DNA from: Nostoc sp.
GTDB lineage: Bacteria; Cyanobacteriota; Cyanobacteriia; Cyanobacteriales; Nostocaceae
Length of the DNA stretch: 64,000 nt
Direction of reading: 5' to 3'
Assembly: GCA_036918135.1 (NCBI GenBank)
Contig: JBALDB010000015.1
Coordinates: 128,001 to 192,000, forward strand
The notes beneath the pieces are model-generated. The model saw only the letters and a program-made list of their open reading frames with translations. It was not told where the DNA came from and searched no databases. The position numbers and the translations under genes were made by a program. Positions 8,552-18,296 of the stretch are shown in pieces; positions within the stretch are counted from its first letter, which is position 1, and every line of letters starts with the position of its first letter.

Positions 8552-8863
8552 ATGCGACGGATTGACGCTATTGGAATTGGCTTAGGCGTTTTTATTGCTG
8601 GTGGCTTGGCGTATGTAGGATTACAGCTAGTCGGCTTCGATAATCAGCAAGCTGGTATATGGAGCCAACTCTTACTAGTGGCTGGGTTAGTTGGCTGGTT
8701 AGCTACCTATTTTTTCCGTGCGGTGGGACAAAAAATGACCTACCACCAACAACGGGAAGAGTATGAGCAAGAATTTCTGCAAAAGCGTTTGGAAGAACTA
8801 ACTCCCGAAGAACTAGCACGAATTCAAACCGAGATAGAACAAGAAGAGCAATCTCAGGTATAA
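8552..8863 (+). CDS. DUF3007 family protein
   Basis: MRRIDAIGI...TYxxRA..QKMTY..Q...LQKRLEELTPEEL; synteny with ndhL and trpA. Confidence 0.85.
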   Translation: MRRIDAIGIGLGVFIAGGLAYVGLQLVGFDNQQAGIWSQLLLVAGLVGWLATYFFRAVGQKMTYHQQREEYEQEFLQKRLEELTPEELARIQTEIEQEEQSQV

Positions 8864-8915
8864 AGTAATCATTGGTCAGTTGTCATTTGTCCTTTGTCCT
8901 TTGTAATTTACCTAA

Positions 8916-9090
8916 GGGGTTGTTTGAAAAGTATTGGGCGAATAGAATTTGTTATTACACGAAGCTTAGTCCACGGAGGTGGACTAACGCAAAAGCTAGG
9001 TTCTTAACCTACCTTCGTGGGTTGAGTCTCGTGTAGGTGGGACTTCCAATTGCCAAGGGAAGTAATTAATTAGACTTTTCAAACATCCTC
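8916..9090. mobile_element. 175-bp MITE with 17-bp imperfect TIRs and TAA target duplication
   Basis: Left end GGGGTTGTTTGAAAAGT; reverse complement of right end GAGGATGTTTGAAAAGT; TAA at 8913-8915 and 9091-9093. Confidence 0.7.
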
Positions 9091-9097
9091 TAATGCT

Positions 9098-9160
9098 AAT
9101 GACCAATGACCAATGACCAATGACCAATGACCAATGACCAATAACCAATGACCAATGACT
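9098..9160 (+). repeat. STRR heptamer array (AATGACC)x9; the last unit supplies the trpA ATG
   Basis: Direct reading; reverse complement of the STRR2 motif TTGGTCA. Confidence 0.9.
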
Positions 9161-9997
9161 GCAATTTCTGATTGCTTTGAAACTTTGAGGCACAATCGTG
9201 AGTGTGCTTTGATTCCATTTATTACCGCTGGCGACCCAGATTTAGAAACAACAGCAGCAGCTTTGCAAATTCTGGATCGCAGTGGGGCAGATATCATTGA
9301 ACTGGGTGTACCATACTCCGATCCTCTAGCGGATGGGCCGGTAATTCAAGCTGCTGCTACCCGCGCCTTGCAAAGGGGAACGAAATTTGAGCAGGTGCTG
9401 GAAATGGTGCAAGCAACTACTCCAAAAATGCGATCGCCCATTGTCCTATTTACCTATTACAACCCAATTCTGCACCGGGGAATTGAAAAATTTCTCCAGC
9501 AAGTTGCTGCGGCTGGAGTGGCGGGATTGGTAATACCTGACTTACCTTTAGAAGAGGCCGCAGGTTTACTCGAATCAGCTAGGAAGATGGGAATCGATGT
9601 CACCTTGTTGATAGCTCCCACTAGTTCTGCCGAACGCATACAAGCTATCGCTCGTTCCTCCCAAGGATTTATTTATTTAGTCAGCGTTACAGGCGTAACG
9701 GGGATACGATCGCAAGTACAAACGCGAGTATCAGATTTACTTAAACAAATTCGTGGTGTTACTGATAAACCCATTGGTGTAGGCTTTGGAATCTCTGAAG
9801 CAGCCCAAGGGCGTCAAGTACGCGAATGGGGAGCAGATGCAGTGATTGTAGGTAGTGCTTTTGTGAAACGATTAGCAGAAGGTACACCAGAACAGGGACT
9901 AAATGCGATCGCTGAATTTTGTCAAAGTCTCAAAGCAGCCATTAAGACTACTAACAGTACAAATACTCATCTTAATTGGAGCGAGAAAGTAGATTAA
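9155..9997 (+). CDS. trpA: Tryptophan synthase alpha subunit
   Basis: [35 protein letters not shown] and DAVIVGSA motifs. Confidence 0.97.
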   Translation: MTAISDCFETLRHNRECALIPFITAGDPDLETTAAALQILDRSGADIIELGVPYSDPLADGPVIQAAATRALQRGTKFEQVLEMVQATTPKMRSPIVLFTYYNPILHRGIEKFLQQVAAAGVAGLVIPDLPLEEAAGLLESARKMGIDVTLLIAPTSSAERIQAIARSSQGFIYLVSVTGVTGIRSQVQTRVSDLLKQIRGVTDKPIGVGFGISEAAQGRQVREWGADAVIVGSAFVKRLAEGTPEQGLNAIAEFCQSLKAAIKTTNSTNTHLNWSEKVD

Positions 9998-10212
9998 AAA
10001 AGTGTAACAACGTAGTTTTTTTATCCTCAGTTTAGTAGACAATTTGACTGTTCTGGTCTTGAATATTAACATCAGATATCAGGATGTAAAAAAACTAGCT
10101 GATAAAGTCGCTTATAGTCTGAGTATTATGTGAAACGATCGAAAATTATGAGTGTGAGAGTAGATTCAGTCACAAATGATTATAGTTACGTTGCAGTTAA
10201 GGGGCAAAGGCG

Positions 10213-10863
10213 ATGAGTGAGAGTATGGCATTTATCGGTGGGGTTGCTGTTGCTGGCTTGGCGGCTCTGGTATTGCTCAAAGGCACAAATATTCCCCTAC
10301 AACCTAACTTCGCTGTTGCTCCCCAAATGCCGAGTACTGTAGTAGCGCCCCAAGGAATCCAGCCACAATATCCTCCTGGGTATTATGGGCAGCAACCAAT
10401 TTATCCTAGTACTCAGCCAATACCTCCAAATTCTGACCAGCGTCTAGAAATGGAAAAGCTGAACATGCAGATGGACAGTTTAAAAAAGGATAACGAACAG
10501 CTGAAGTTGGTAAACCAGCAACTCCAAGGCCAAGTTCAAAATTTTAATACTCAGCAGCAGTGGCAATTAGCTCAACAGAATAACCAACAAAAAGCTGCAT
10601 TCCAGCCGCAAAATCCTTGGTGGTCTTCACCGATGCTCTGGGCAGTAGGAGGCGCAACTCTGACTATTGGCGGTGGTGTTGTCGTTGCTGGAGTATTGGC
10701 TTTATTCTCGCCACGCCAGCGTCCCACCCGTACTGTACAAGTGATTCACCCTTACCAAGGCCCCACACCGCCTTTGGTTCCAGTACGTCGTGCGGAATTT
10801 TTGCCTGCTTCTCGCTTAGAAGCAAGACGAGTTGAATCCCCAGAATACGACGAAATGCACTAA
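10213..10863 (+). CDS. patN: Heterocyst patterning membrane protein PatN
   Basis: MSESMAFIGGVAVAGLAAL signal, Q-rich coiled coil, C-terminal TM segment; located downstream of trpA as in Nostoc/Anabaena. Confidence 0.8.
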   Translation: MSESMAFIGGVAVAGLAALVLLKGTNIPLQPNFAVAPQMPSTVVAPQGIQPQYPPGYYGQQPIYPSTQPIPPNSDQRLEMEKLNMQMDSLKKDNEQLKLVNQQLQGQVQNFNTQQQWQLAQQNNQQKAAFQPQNPWWSSPMLWAVGGATLTIGGGVVVAGVLALFSPRQRPTRTVQVIHPYQGPTPPLVPVRRAEFLPASRLEARRVESPEYDEMH

Positions 10864-11186
10864 TAAGACAGAATTCACCTCATGTCTGGTAAATTACCTG
10901 ACTGTGTTAACTGTTGACATTAAATCCCATCTCTAAAAATAGGTGGGATTATTTATTTTTGACGCATCTACCCCTTTAAGGATGCAGTTGGCAAATAGTA
11001 GAGATGTTGCAATGCAAGGTCTATTTCTATAAAACGTGAGTTCGACCAATCTCTCCCTGCCTTGAACTAGAGTTGAAGTCTATCCCTCTCAGATCAAAGA
11101 GGGAGGGTTTTACGTAGTAAAACTAGGGAGAGGTTTTTTAATTGAGTTAAAGTTACTCTCATAGCGATCGCTTCTAAAATAGAAGA

Positions 11187-11987
11187 ATGCTATCAGCTTC
11201 CACTCAATTACTCCGATTGTCTCAAGGACAACTTAACTTACTAGAAGCTTGTCCGCGTAAATTTCAACACACTTACTTAGAACAACTCAATTCTCCTGCA
11301 AATCCCGAACACGAGGAACGGCAGACTTTAGGTAGTCGCTTTCACCTGCTAATGCAGCAGCGAGAAATGGGTTTGCCAATTGATAGTTTCTTGCAAGCAG
11401 ATGCTCAACTGCAAAGCTGGATGGCTGGCTTTGCCGATGCAGCCCCAGAAATATTAACGCCTGCAAGCGATAATCAAACTTTTCGTGAAAGCGAACACTA
11501 CCGTACTCTGCAAGTTCAGGATTATTTATTGACGGTTGTCTATGATTTATTGATTGCAGATAACCAACAAGCGCAAATTCTCGACTGGAAAACTTATCCC
11601 AAACCACTCCATAAACGCAAGTTAGAATCCAACTGGCAAACACGGCTTTATATGTATGTTTTGGCTGAAACTAGCGCTTATTTGCCAGAAAATATTTCTA
11701 TGACTTACTGGTTTGTTCAATCTGAGGGCAAACCACAAAATATTAAGTTTAATTACAATACTACTCAACACACGAAAACAGCAAAAAAACTTAATCAACT
11801 GTTAAATCAGTTAACTAATTGGTTGGAAGATTACCAAAATAACAAAGAATTTCCGCAAGTGGCACCGGGTAGTAAAACTTGTGATTATTGTCAGTTTACC
11901 CAGCGGTGCGATCGCATATCATTTACAGAAGAAACAGTCAAAGATACCTTGCCAAATTTCGACAGCATTCAAGAAGTTTCACTCTAA
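11187..11987 (+). CDS. PD-(D/E)XK nuclease family protein (AddB/Cas4-like, 4 Cys)
   Basis: LSQGQLNLLEACPRK, YDLL, ILDWKT, Q-x-x-L-Y and C-terminal CDYCQFTQRC. Confidence 0.85.
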   Translation: MLSASTQLLRLSQGQLNLLEACPRKFQHTYLEQLNSPANPEHEERQTLGSRFHLLMQQREMGLPIDSFLQADAQLQSWMAGFADAAPEILTPASDNQTFRESEHYRTLQVQDYLLTVVYDLLIADNQQAQILDWKTYPKPLHKRKLESNWQTRLYMYVLAETSAYLPENISMTYWFVQSEGKPQNIKFNYNTTQHTKTAKKLNQLLNQLTNWLEDYQNNKEFPQVAPGSKTCDYCQFTQRCDRISFTEETVKDTLPNFDSIQEVSL

Positions 11988-12137
11988 CTTAAAGATTAAC
12001 AGCAAAAATTCAGAAGTAGGCATCTAAAAATCAAAATAGTTAATGAATTAAGAAAATATTTGATGAAGAAATTTACTAAAAATATAGATACATTTTAATT
12101 TGTAACTTATTTCATTAGATTTAAAAATTGAAAATTT

Positions 12138-12779
12138 ATGCCCCCCTTTGACGAAACTGAAGCGATTTACGTTCGTGAATTAGGAATAGATGACATTGCT
12201 CCCGTTTATCACTTGGGAGAAGAGTTATTTACCAGTGATTTATATCCTTATTTATATCGTACTTGGGACGAATGGGAAGTAATTGGACTTTATAATACAG
12301 ACCCAGAATATTGCCTTGTGGCTGAAACAGATGGAGAACTAGCAGGCTTTGTTTTAGGAACCATCATTACCAAAGCATCTTGGACTTACGGTTACATTTT
12401 ATGGTTGGGAGTTAGTCCCAGATTCCAGCGTCGGGGAGTAGCAGACAAGTTAGTTGATAAAGTAGTCGCTCGAATGATTGAAGATGGGGCACGGTTTATG
12501 TTAGTAGATACTGACCCCACCAATACTTCAGCATTAAAGTTTTTTCACCGCAAAGGTTTTGGTAATATCCGCCAGCATATTTTCTTATCAATGAATTTAA
12601 GTAAACATGAATATTATGGCAGATTAATTGATTACGAACACCAAAAAGCCGAAAGAGCAGGTTATAAGCGATCGCGTCCAGCAATTCGCGCTCGGAAACC
12701 CGATAGCGCTGCTAATGAAATACTAATTAATCCGTTAGTGAGTGAATCTCAAATTACTGAAGAAGAATTGCCAATTTGA
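12138..12779 (+). CDS. GNAT family N-acetyltransferase
   Basis: VSPRFQRRGVA acetyl-CoA motif; N-x-x-A-x-x-FFHRKGF. Confidence 0.88.
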   Translation: MPPFDETEAIYVRELGIDDIAPVYHLGEELFTSDLYPYLYRTWDEWEVIGLYNTDPEYCLVAETDGELAGFVLGTIITKASWTYGYILWLGVSPRFQRRGVADKLVDKVVARMIEDGARFMLVDTDPTNTSALKFFHRKGFGNIRQHIFLSMNLSKHEYYGRLIDYEHQKAERAGYKRSRPAIRARKPDSAANEILINPLVSESQITEEELPI

Positions 12780-13120
12780 TAAAAGTTAGGAGCAGGCGCA
12801 GTGGTAGTATACTACTCGCTACCAATGAAATAAACAAGTCAAATCCTCTTTCCTTCTGTCTTCAAAGTTGAAAAAGGGTGTAGGGTGTATTTTTCATGTA
12901 TGGCAGTAAAACTTGTTTCGTCGGGACTGCCTTCTGACTTGTTTCTTCAGAGTAGAGACGCAATTAACCCAAGTCTTTCCAGAAGTTAGGAGTTATGAAT
13001 TCAAACTATGGTCAATCTTATTAATATTAATTTTTTCAGAGAAAAAGACGTTGAGCAAACTGTGAAACAATAAGTTAGTATCTGGGTAATCTGAAGTTTT
13101 TGCTAAACAAAGGTGGATTC

Positions 13121-14680
13121 ATGTTCCAAGAAATTATTGCTCAGATTGATTATTCTTTCTCATTTCCATATTTAGCGACAGTTTTAGGCATTACTAGCAT
13201 AGCGGGAACACTTAGTTGGCGCTGGTGGAAACAAAAGAATAGATATAACTCTCTACAATCACTTCCTTCTCCTCGCAAATACTGGCTATTAGGAAATCTT
13301 CCGCAAATATTAGCAGCAGTGAAACAGAAGAAGTTATTCTTGCAACTTTTTCATTGGAGTCAACAGCTAGGCCCGATGTATGTTGTCTGGAATGGCAGCT
13401 ATCCAATTGTTGTTTTAACTAAGGTGAAAGTTATTGAAGACACTATTATCAATGGAATGAGAGATGGTAGCTTAATTAGACCTGAGCTATTGCGTCAAGC
13501 TTGGAACGATATAGCTGGTCGCATTATGATAGGAGAAACCGGAAACGAGTGGCAGTGGCGACGTAAGGCTTGGAACCCAGAATTTAGTTCTAGCGGTCTC
13601 TCCAAATATCTTCAAGTTATTAGCCAAGCTTGCGAACAAGTAATTGAGACATTGAAAGAAGCTGCACCACCAAAAGAAGTTGAGGTAGATCCTCTATTTG
13701 TAGAACTAACAATGAGAGTGATTTCTTGTCTAGTACTAGGCATTCCTGTGGATAGAAAGAGTACTAGTGATGAAGGGTCACCTTTGGAAGTTTCCAAAAC
13801 GTATGAAGCGATGTCTATTGTAGGCTATCGGTTCCTACGACAAGCTACTGGTGAGAAGAGATGGATGAAATATTTACCAACTAAGAATTCACGAGATTAT
13901 TGGGCTGCAAGACGATATCTAGAGGAATTTCTGACTCCCCGTGTAGACTTAGCTTTACAGATGAGAGAACAAAACCAGAGCAATTTATTACAAGTCAGTC
14001 CTTTGTTCCGGGAATCAATGTTAGTCAAAATTGCTGCTAAAGAACCAAAATACAATCGTGAAACATTAATAGCAGAATGTGTTGAACTCTTAATAGCTGG
14101 TACTGACACAACAGCCCATACTTTATCCTTTGCAGTAGGAGAGTTGAGCTTAAATCCAAGGGTTTTTCAGCAAGCACAGGACATCGTTGACCAAGTTTGG
14201 CAAAGCTTTGGCTGTATTAATGCAGAAAACGTCAAGGAATTGGCTTATATTAGCGCAATTCTCAAGGAGACATTACGGCTTTATTCAGTCGCCTCAGGCT
14301 CGACTTCATTGGAGACTCAACGCGACACTGTAATTGCTGGTAAAGTGATTCCTGCCCGTACAAGAGTATCCTGGTCAATGCTTGCTGCTGGAAGAGATCC
14401 ACAAGTCTATACTAATCCAGAGGTATTTCTGCCAGAACGTTGGTTAGACAAGAGTAAGGATACTTCACTGCCAATGATACACTTTGGCTCAGGGTCTCAT
14501 CGTTGCTTGGGAGAGCATCTATCAATGCTAGAAGGAACTCTGATGCTAGCATTATTGCTCCGCTACTTCGACTGGGAGTTAGTCAAGGGTCGTTCTTCTC
14601 TAGAAGAATTACAGCAAAACTTATTAATTTATCCGTCTGATAAGATGCCAGTATGCTTTCGGTTGAGAAATTGGGAGTAA
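13121..14680 (+). CDS. Cytochrome P450
   Basis: AGTDTT I-helix, ETLR, PERW and FGSGSHRCLG heme-ligand motifs; N-terminal TM anchor. Confidence 0.93.
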   Translation: MFQEIIAQIDYSFSFPYLATVLGITSIAGTLSWRWWKQKNRYNSLQSLPSPRKYWLLGNLPQILAAVKQKKLFLQLFHWSQQLGPMYVVWNGSYPIVVLTKVKVIEDTIINGMRDGSLIRPELLRQAWNDIAGRIMIGETGNEWQWRRKAWNPEFSSSGLSKYLQVISQACEQVIETLKEAAPPKEVEVDPLFVELTMRVISCLVLGIPVDRKSTSDEGSPLEVSKTYEAMSIVGYRFLRQATGEKRWMKYLPTKNSRDYWAARRYLEEFLTPRVDLALQMREQNQSNLLQVSPLFRESMLVKIAAKEPKYNRETLIAECVELLIAGTDTTAHTLSFAVGELSLNPRVFQQAQDIVDQVWQSFGCINAENVKELAYISAILKETLRLYSVASGSTSLETQRDTVIAGKVIPARTRVSWSMLAAGRDPQVYTNPEVFLPERWLDKSKDTSLPMIHFGSGSHRCLGEHLSMLEGTLMLALLLRYFDWELVKGRSSLEELQQNLLIYPSDKMPVCFRLRNWE

Positions 14681-14717
14681 AGCTTTCAGAACGTACTACT
14701 TTTATTCTTTGGATTCT

Positions 14718-14821
14718 TGTATTTCTATAGCAATTCTAAGTTATTCGTAAAAAAATCTATTGCCTATTGTTCGCTTTTAAGAATAATTAGACAACTCATT
14801 TAAGAATGCTATAGAAATACA
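14718..14821. repeat. Long inverted repeat / TATAGCA...TGCTATA MITE-like element
   Basis: tgtatttctatagca ... tgctatagaaataca, perfect 15-bp arms. Confidence 0.55.
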
Positions 14822-14987
14822 CAGATAAAATATATTATAAGGCAGCTATACTAGAGGCTAAAACATTGCTAATATGGAAATTTCCACTTTTGCGATGTCC
14901 TATTTTAGGTAATTCTAATTATACTTTAAAAAACTACAAAGTAAAAGAATTTAAGATTTAATTTGTTACTTTTCTAACTTAATTTGT

Positions 14988-17351
14988 ATGTCAGCACAAC
15001 AATGGACTCTAGCAACAACAGAACAACCGCCAGAGTGGTTCATCCAAGCAGTGAAACAGCATACACCTGCATCAAATGGATTGTATGCAGCACAATTGTT
15101 GTGGCAACGAGGCATTAAAGAAAAATCACAATTATTAGCTTTTATTAATCAGAAAGCTTATCAAGCAGCAAGTCCCTTTGAATTTGGACAAGAAATGCAA
15201 CTGGCGATCGCCCGTTTACAACAAGCGCGTGATGCTGGTGAAAAAATTGCTATTTGGGGAGATTTTGACGCTGATGGCATTACCTCTACTGCTGTACTTT
15301 GGGATGGGTTAGGAGAGTTTTTTTGCCAAAATACCGAGTTAGTTTATTACATTCCCAATCGCCTAAAAGAATCCCACGGATTGAATAATCAAGGAATTGA
15401 GAATTTAGCAATACAAGGTTGTAAATTAATAGTCACTTGTGACACGGGTAGCACAAACATTAATGAAATTATTTATGCTAAACAGCTAGATATTGATGTC
15501 ATAGTTACCGACCATCACACCTTACCTGAAGAACGCCCACCAGTTGCAGCAATTATCAATCCTCGATATCTGCCCAAGGAACATCAGCTATTTCATCTTT
15601 CTGGAGTAGCGGTAGCTTATAAGTTAGTGGAAGCCCTTTATCAAACTTTGCCTGATATCCCAGAACATCCATTAGAGGATTTATTAGATTTAGTCGCAGT
15701 AGGATTAATTGCTGACTTGGTGCAGCTGAGTGGAGATTGTCGCTATTTAGCACAGTTAGGAATTCAACGCCTGCAAGCAGATTTTCAACAGCCACCCGCA
15801 GCACGACGGCGACCGGGAGTAGGACGATTATTAGAATTGTGCCAGAAAAGCGGCGATCGCCCCACAGATATTTCCTTTGGTTTGGGGCCGCGAATCAACG
15901 CCGTTAGCCGCATCCAAGGTGATGCTAGTTTCTGCGTTGAATTATTAACTAGTCGTAATGCCAAACGTTGTAACGAATTAGCCGAAGTTACAGAATTAGC
16001 AAACACTCGCCGCAAATCCTTGCAGAAAGATGTACAAGCACAAGTAGCCCAAAAACTCACTCAATTAGATTTATCAACCACCAGCGTCATTGTTCTCGAA
16101 GATGCCCAATGGCCTGCGGGTGTATTGGGCTTAGTCGCCGGACAAGTAGCCCAAGAAACAGGACGCCCGACGATTTTATTAAGTACAGAGGGGAGTCAAG
16201 AAGATTCTACCCCTACACCCTTAGCCCGTGGTTCCGCCCGTTCGGTGAATTCTGTCGATTTGTATCAGCTGGTAAAAGACCAAGCACATCTGTTGCACCG
16301 CTTTGGCGGACATCCCTTTGCAGCAGGTTTAAGTTTGCCGATTGAGAACATTCCTTTATTTACAGCAGCAATTAATCAGCAGTTACGGCAATCTTTGGGG
16401 GGTACAATTCTGACGCCAACAGTCCAAGCAGACATAGTGGTAACAGTTGCAGACTTGGGGAAAGAGTTATTTTTAGAACTGAAATTACTAGAACCTTATG
16501 GAATGGGTAACCCTGTACCAAAATTGCTAATTCAAAACTGCTGGTTTGAGAATAGTTGGCATCGCAATCAGCAAGATTGGCGAGGAAAAAAGGTACAGTA
16601 TATTAAAACTGAGTTTGACATTCGAGATGATTCGACTAGAAGTCCCTTTGCTGGTATTTGGTGGGGACACTACAAAGATGAATTGCCGGTCGGAAGGTGT
16701 GATTGTATAGTAGAACTCGACTACAACACCTTCAAAAAACGTTATGAAATTAGATTAATTGCTGTGCGTCCAAGTGAAAATTCAGTACTGGATACTCAAT
16801 ACTTACCATTCATCCTCGACTTGCGGAATCAAGACAACTCAGCACGGGCTAAACGCCCTGCTACCGCTAACAACACTCAGCACTCAGCACTGATTCTCGA
16901 ACATTGTCCGACAAACTGGGATGATTTACGTGCGTGGTTGCGGCGATTAACGACAAGCCACTCGGTGTCTGCGCTTGATAATCAACAACTAGCGATCGCT
17001 TGGTCTAAACCCAACCACCAACCAGCAAAAGAAATTTGGCAAACCTTGGTTGGGATTGCTAAATATCTCAGTCGTACCAATCAATCAGTTACTCGCAGAC
17101 AACTTTTAGATAAACTTGGGGTAAGCGATCGCACCTTATTTTTAGGAATCAAAGCTTTAAAATATTGGGGATTTACAGTTACAAGACAAGACCGCGATTT
17201 GCAAATCACTTGGAATCCTAGCAGCGTCTCTCAAACCAATGCCAATGCAGCGGTTACACAGTTTTTAGCCGCCATCAGCGAAGAACAATTTCAGCAAAAC
17301 TACTTTACAGAGGTGCCCTTATCTACTATTGTTGCCATGATTAATAGTTAG
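14988..17351 (+). CDS. recJ: Single-stranded-DNA-specific exonuclease RecJ
   Basis: GDFDADG, TDHH, GPRINA, RGSARS and FGGHPFAAG motifs. Confidence 0.92.
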   Translation: MSAQQWTLATTEQPPEWFIQAVKQHTPASNGLYAAQLLWQRGIKEKSQLLAFINQKAYQAASPFEFGQEMQLAIARLQQARDAGEKIAIWGDFDADGITSTAVLWDGLGEFFCQNTELVYYIPNRLKESHGLNNQGIENLAIQGCKLIVTCDTGSTNINEIIYAKQLDIDVIVTDHHTLPEERPPVAAIINPRYLPKEHQLFHLSGVAVAYKLVEALYQTLPDIPEHPLEDLLDLVAVGLIADLVQLSGDCRYLAQLGIQRLQADFQQPPAARRRPGVGRLLELCQKSGDRPTDISFGLGPRINAVSRIQGDASFCVELLTSRNAKRCNELAEVTELANTRRKSLQKDVQAQVAQKLTQLDLSTTSVIVLEDAQWPAGVLGLVAGQVAQETGRPTILLSTEGSQEDSTPTPLARGSARSVNSVDLYQLVKDQAHLLHRFGGHPFAAGLSLPIENIPLFTAAINQQLRQSLGGTILTPTVQADIVVTVADLGKELFLELKLLEPYGMGNPVPKLLIQNCWFENSWHRNQQDWRGKKVQYIKTEFDIRDDSTRSPFAGIWWGHYKDELPVGRCDCIVELDYNTFKKRYEIRLIAVRPSENSVLDTQYLPFILDLRNQDNSARAKRPATANNTQHSALILEHCPTNWDDLRAWLRRLTTSHSVSALDNQQLAIAWSKPNHQPAKEIWQTLVGIAKYLSRTNQSVTRRQLLDKLGVSDRTLFLGIKALKYWGFTVTRQDRDLQITWNPSSVSQTNANAAVTQFLAAISEEQFQQNYFTEVPLSTIVAMINS

Positions 17352-17439
17352 TAATCAGGCGATTGCTTTTAACTTAAGGATTGATTGGGGAAAGATTTTT
17401 TGAAGTGCGATCGCTTAACTCAGGCATGATACTTAAATC

Positions 17440-18228
17440 TTAAACTTCGTCAGGATTTATTCCTAGCTGTCTCAAACGTTCTGCCAAACGCTGGGCTTTT
17501 TGCTGTTCTTGTTCTAGTTGGGATGTTAATAACTGGGATTTTTCTTGTTCTTGTTCTAATTGAGGTGTCAATAACTGCAATTTTTCCTCACCAGTTAGTA
17601 ATAAATTTCCTTGTGTATCCCACCAACGCAACCAAGGTGCTGTAGTATTTCCATAGTTTCCTTGCCAAATACCCAATTCGACACCCATCAAGGAAATCTC
17701 ATAGTGTCCGCGTTCGTTAGCAGCGAGTTGCTGATATCTGCCATCAACTAGGTGATAAACCTCAATAGCAGCTTTGCTAAATTCGTAAATGCCGTAAAAA
17801 GGTACTCGAATTGCTTGCTCGTATACCCAAAATTTACCAGTAATTGGAGTATTATCTCTCTCTTGAGAACCATCTCCAGAAGCGAATTCCAGTACAATTA
17901 GGGGAGCGATATATTCTTGCCACAAAACATACGAACGCCGAAATTGACCATTTAACATAGGTGGAACATTCGGGACATAAAACCAATCAGGTGCTTCGGC
18001 ACCGCGTTCAGGTGGTTCGGTCAAACGCCAGTAAATGCCACAATCTTGACCAATACAATACTGTTTATCTGGGTGAATTTGCTGTAATACACCTTGAACG
18101 GAGTCCGTTATAAGTATGCTTTGCGGGTGTTCTTGAAAATTTTTTACAAAGGTTCCATCCGACTCTGGTAACTCAGTATGGTCGGGAAGGTGAGTAATCC
18201 CCAGTTCGGACAGCTTGACGGTAGTCAT
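17440..18228 (-). CDS. Uma2 family endonuclease
   Basis: LPDHTELPESDG, APDWFYV, LEFASG and WLRWWD motifs; C-terminal coiled coil. Confidence 0.88.
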   Translation of the reverse strand: MTTVKLSELGITHLPDHTELPESDGTFVKNFQEHPQSILITDSVQGVLQQIHPDKQYCIGQDCGIYWRLTEPPERGAEAPDWFYVPNVPPMLNGQFRRSYVLWQEYIAPLIVLEFASGDGSQERDNTPITGKFWVYEQAIRVPFYGIYEFSKAAIEVYHLVDGRYQQLAANERGHYEISLMGVELGIWQGNYGNTTAPWLRWWDTQGNLLLTGEEKLQLLTPQLEQEQEKSQLLTSQLEQEQQKAQRLAERLRQLGINPDEV

Positions 18229-18296
18229 TGAACTTTGGCGGGAGCGAATCGGCTTATTTATCTTAGCACCGCATTGCCTTTGAGCGTTATTGTGCA

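Noticed and set aside
8996..9297. ORFs with SLVIGHW repeats
   Set aside because: Translation artefacts of the STRR heptamer array.
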